Source of the DNA: a virus
Taxonomy: Duplodnaviria > Heunggongvirae > Uroviricota > Caudoviricetes
IMG/VR virus record: IMGVR_UViG_2623620492_000013
Strand: one strand, 5' to 3'
Length of the DNA stretch: 31,403 nucleotides
Part shown: positions 28,722-31,403 of the stretch, one piece after another
Numbering within the stretch: the first letter of the stretch is position 1
Layout: each line of letters begins with the position of its first letter
Program-made: the position numbers and the translations under genes
The notes under the pieces: generated by a model
What the model was told of the DNA's origin: nothing
The model's database searches: none
The model's input: the letters and a program-made list of their open reading frames with translations, nothing else

Positions 28722-29635
28722 CCTTTCCTCTTCAAAATATATCTAGGACGGCTCTTTACTTCGGTGTAAATTCTTCCGATGTACTCACCAAGCACCCCGA
28801 TACCAATCAATTGGACTCCACCAAGGAAAAGGATAGAAACAAGAAGTGACGGGTAGCCCCGCACTGCGTTACCAAAAGCAAGGGTATCAACTATCATCCA
28901 TGAGCCATAGAGGAACGCCACGCCTGCAACCAGAAGGCCGATGTAAGTCCACATGCGAAGCGGGAAAGTAGAGAAACTCGTGATACCCTCAAGTGCCAGG
29001 TTCCACAACTTCCAGCCGTTAAATTTCGTACTTCCTGCGACGCGTTCTGCGCGGGCATATTCAACGACATCTGTACGGCCGCCAACCCAGCTCAATACGC
29101 CCTTCATGAACAGGTTGCGCTCTGGCATGAGCTTAATGTTTTCCACCACCTCGCGGGACATAAGGCGGAAGTCACCAACGTTTTCTTCAATCTTCGGGTT
29201 GCTGATTTTGTTGTGCAGCTTATAGAACCATTCAGCGGTCTTGCGCTTCAGTCTGCCATCTGTAGAGCGATCAGAGCGTTTAGCGAGAACCATATCAGCA
29301 CCGGCCTGCCATTTCTCGATAAGGTGAGGAATGACTTCGATAGGGTCCTGCAAGTCTACGTCAATCGGGATAATTGCTTCACCGGTCGCGTGGTCAAGGC
29401 CGGCGAACAGGGCTGGTTCTTTCCCAAAGTTACGAGTAAATGACAATGGAACAACAAGCGTATCGGCAACAGCAAGCGCGTTAATAATTGATTCTGTCGC
29501 GTCTTTGCTGCCGTCATTGATGAATACTATCTCGACTTCATGCTGCTGAAGGCCTTCAAATTCCCGAACCGTTTTATAAAAAATCGGTATCGCGTCTTCT
29601 TCGTTGAAGACGGGAACGACCAGAGAAATTTTCAT
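28718..29635 (-). CDS. gtrB: Bactoprenol glucosyltransferase GtrB (GT2 family)
   Basis: 305 aa with the N-terminal glycosyltransferase-2 fold motif VVPVFNEE...INDGSKD and two C-terminal transmembrane helices; close match to GtrB as recalled from Shigella and Salmonella serotype-converting phages. Confidence 0.9.
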   Translation of the reverse strand: MKISLVVPVFNEEDAIPIFYKTVREFEGLQQHEVEIVFINDGSKDATESIINALAVADTLVVPLSFTRNFGKEPALFAGLDHATGEAIIPIDVDLQDPIEVIPHLIEKWQAGADMVLAKRSDRSTDGRLKRKTAEWFYKLHNKISNPKIEENVGDFRLMSREVVENIKLMPERNLFMKGVLSWVGGRTDVVEYARAERVAGSTKFNGWKLWNLALEGITSFSTFPLRMWTYIGLLVAGVAFLYGSWMIVDTLAFGNAVRGYPSLLVSILFLGGVQLIGIGVLGEYIGRIYTEVKSRPRYILKRKG

Positions 29636-29994
29636 TTCGCATCCCTAAAGACAATAAACTTAGAATAGAAAAAGCCACATACAAGACTAATGGCGGAGAA
29701 CGCCACCAGTGTGACGATTGGCGGTAAGCCACACCTGTCAGCAGCCCAACCTACAGCAGCACTCAGCGTTCCCATAAACCCAACGTAAAGCATGTAACGC
29801 AGCGTGGAAGTGGATGCTTTAAAAGTGAAGCGTGCGTTAGCGTAGAAACTAAAGCTGACGGCTACCACGAAACCTGCAAAGTTAGCCAATGCCTGACTTG
29901 TGGATAGGCCATACACGCAAACACCAAACACGACCCAGTGAATGAGTGTGTTCAGTACGCCAATCGATGTGTACTTAGCAAAAAGTTTTAACAT
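29632..29994 (-). CDS. gtrA: Bactoprenol-linked glucose translocase GtrA
   Basis: 120-aa four-helix membrane protein; [20 protein letters not shown]...FIVFRDAK matches GtrA closely. Confidence 0.9.
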   Translation of the reverse strand: MLKLFAKYTSIGVLNTLIHWVVFGVCVYGLSTSQALANFAGFVVAVSFSFYANARFTFKASTSTLRYMLYVGFMGTLSAAVGWAADRCGLPPIVTLVAFSAISLVCGFFYSKFIVFRDAK

Positions 29995-30070
29995 TAGAAA
30001 AATCAGTCAATTCTGAGAAGGCAGAAGTTTAGCACCAACAAACAACTTGATCGACTATCAGAATAAGATG

Positions 30071-30090
30071 TACTGTATATGTGTACAGTA
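30071..30090 (+). promoter_or_regulatory. LexA (SOS) box
   Basis: TACTGTATATGTGTACAGTA is a near-perfect match to the enterobacterial LexA consensus CTGT-N8-ACAG with AT-rich spacer, 19 nt upstream of the ATG at 30110. Confidence 0.8.
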
Positions 30091-30109
30091 TTTATTTTTG
30101 GGTGACTAT

Positions 30110-30349
30110 ATGCCGCGTCGTTCAGATATCGTGATCGCCTTCAGAGCCTCTATTGTGCATGAAAGGTCAGGCCGCAGGATTGTGAAAACTGCTGATTTTG
30201 TTCAGGAACTACTAAAGGTCAACTGGGACCTAAGTATGGAAGAGGCGAATCAGTGGATAGATAGGTACACAACCTGCTTCAAAGACATCACTCCTGACCA
30301 CGGAGAGAACAAGACGTGGTTCATGTACAACCCGAATGGAGGGCTTTGA
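30110..30349 (+). CDS. Hypothetical 79-aa protein, first gene of the LexA-box operon
   Basis: ATG at 30110 directly downstream of the LexA box; the longer reading frame from 30047 would include the box. No similarity recognised to DinI or other known small SOS proteins. Confidence 0.5.
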   Translation: MPRRSDIVIAFRASIVHERSGRRIVKTADFVQELLKVNWDLSMEEANQWIDRYTTCFKDITPDHGENKTWFMYNPNGGL

Positions 30350-30350
30350 T

Positions 30351-30734
30351 ATGGCATTTGCATCCCCGGCTAAGGACTATGTGGAGCGCGGCATCTCTTT
30401 AGATGCTGAGTTGATTAGCCATCCATCGGCGACTTACTATGTCAGGTCTGATGTGGCTATTTTGCGTGCCGGCATTAAGCAAGGCGCGCTGCTTGTCGTG
30501 GACTCAGCAGTAAATCCATGTGATGGCTCGATCGTTCTCTGTTCCATCGATGGCCAGTTTGTCCTGAGGTATTACCGTATGTTCCCATGCTTGCATCTGG
30601 AGAACATGGAGACAGGTCGGAAGGAAAGGGCGCGCGGACTCGACGACGGAAGTGCAATCGATGTTTTCGGCGTGGTGACATACATCATTAACAATGCGCG
30701 CACCGGTGAATTCGACGACAACCCGGTTATTTAA
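30351..30734 (+). CDS. UmuD'-like protein (pre-truncated UmuD homologue, HumD-like)
   Basis: Aligns by eye with E. coli UmuD from Gly25 onward (ASPAKDYVE..., HPSATY, LLVVDSA, DVFGVV). GGAGG RBS 8 nt before ATG 30351; the alternative start is 30336. The Ser and Lys positions of the catalytic dyad appear substituted in my manual alignment. Confidence 0.7.
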   Translation: MAFASPAKDYVERGISLDAELISHPSATYYVRSDVAILRAGIKQGALLVVDSAVNPCDGSIVLCSIDGQFVLRYYRMFPCLHLENMETGRKERARGLDDGSAIDVFGVVTYIINNARTGEFDDNPVI

Positions 30735-31403
30735 TCAGACGGGCTCGATTAACTCCGGGCCCTGATTCTTCACATTACCAACAGCGCGCGACACTGCGTG
30801 CCAGATAAATGCATCTGCTGGCACCGAACCGTCGGAAACAATCTCCTCTGCTTCTTTCCCGCCCACATCCTGCCGCATCCATTCGCGTGCTGCTTCCGGT
30901 GACAGAACGAGTTGCCTGCGGTCGTGAATATCGACCAGTCCTTTATCGGCAGCCGCCGTGACTATCATAAAGCCTTCCGCTTCATCATCACGCTCAAACG
31001 GCGTACTGCCTATCGCCGCCATGAATATCGGCTTACCGTCCGCCCGATGAATGAAGTACGGCTGCTTCTTTTCGCCTTGCTTCTTCCATTCGAACCAGCC
31101 ATCAGCAAAGACTATCGCCCGGCCATGTTGCCAGAGCGGTTTGAACATCCGACTGGTGGCCGCAGTTTCCACACGTGCGTTTATCAGAGGCGGCTTATCC
31201 CACCATCCTGGAGCATAGCCCCAGTAAACCGGATCGAGGTGTAGTTGTTCATCTCGTTCGCTCAGCAGCAAAACTTTAGTGCCTGGCGCCACGTTGTACC
31301 GGCCAATGGGTTCCGGGTCGAACGGAATGTCACACTCGGCCTCTTCAGCGATTAACGCCAGATAATCTTCACGGGTCATTGATTGAGAGAAACGTCCGCA
31401 CAT
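30735..31403 (-). CDS. yedK: SOS-response-associated peptidase (SRAP), YedK-like host gene
   Basis: 222 aa starting MCGRF (the Cys2 nucleophile is the SRAP hallmark); the start codon is the last three bases of the window. Confidence 0.8.
   Translation of the reverse strand: MCGRFSQSMTREDYLALIAEEAECDIPFDPEPIGRYNVAPGTKVLLLSERDEQLHLDPVYWGYAPGWWDKPPLINARVETAATSRMFKPLWQHGRAIVFADGWFEWKKQGEKKQPYFIHRADGKPIFMAAIGSTPFERDDEAEGFMIVTAAADKGLVDIHDRRQLVLSPEAAREWMRQDVGGKEAEEIVSDGSVPADAFIWHAVSRAVGNVKNQGPELIEPV

Noticed and set aside
29995-30110. Dam/OxyR phase-variation switch upstream of gtrA
   Set aside because: Phase-variable gtr promoters described in Salmonella carry several GATC sites in paired OxyR half-sites. 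Only one GATC (30049-30052) is present here, so that mechanism is not supported.
29995-30110. tRNA gene as integration target at the prophage right end
   Set aside because: No cloverleaf-compatible sequence or conserved T-loop motif was seen between gtrA and the LexA box or elsewhere near the junction.
30110-30349. DinI-family identity for the small LexA-regulated protein
   Set aside because: Size and LexA control fit DinI, but the sequence does not resemble the DinI pattern I recall, so it is left as unknown.
1-31403. CRISPR array or other long tandem direct repeats
   Set aside because: No regularly spaced direct repeats were seen anywhere in the window; the only repeats noted are short inverted repeats (terminators and the 2044-2142 hairpins).

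Overview
This window is the late (right-hand) half of a lambdoid siphovirus-type prophage in an enterobacterial chromosome, read left to right on the + strand. It opens with the 3' part of an IS4-family transposase, followed by a nin-like region (NinB, Ser/Thr phosphatase, NinG), antiterminator Q with tandem terminators, and a complete lysis cassette (holin, SAR endolysin, Rz with embedded Rz1). An AT-rich moron island sits between lysis and terminase, then come terminase, head and tail genes, an AT-rich tail spike, a reverse-strand gtrA-gtrB O-antigen glucosylation locus with two further membrane proteins, a LexA-box-controlled two-gene operon ending in a UmuD'-like protein, and the host gene yedK. 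The integrase/early region and attL lie outside the window. The most interesting candidates are the zinc-ribbon/DUF4145-like gene at 6346-7029 (possible anti-phage defence moron), the LexA-regulated operon at 30071-30734, the lipoprotein moron inside the tail module, and the atypical gtr distal module. All calls rest on reading the translations, motifs recalled from memory and gene order; no database search was run.
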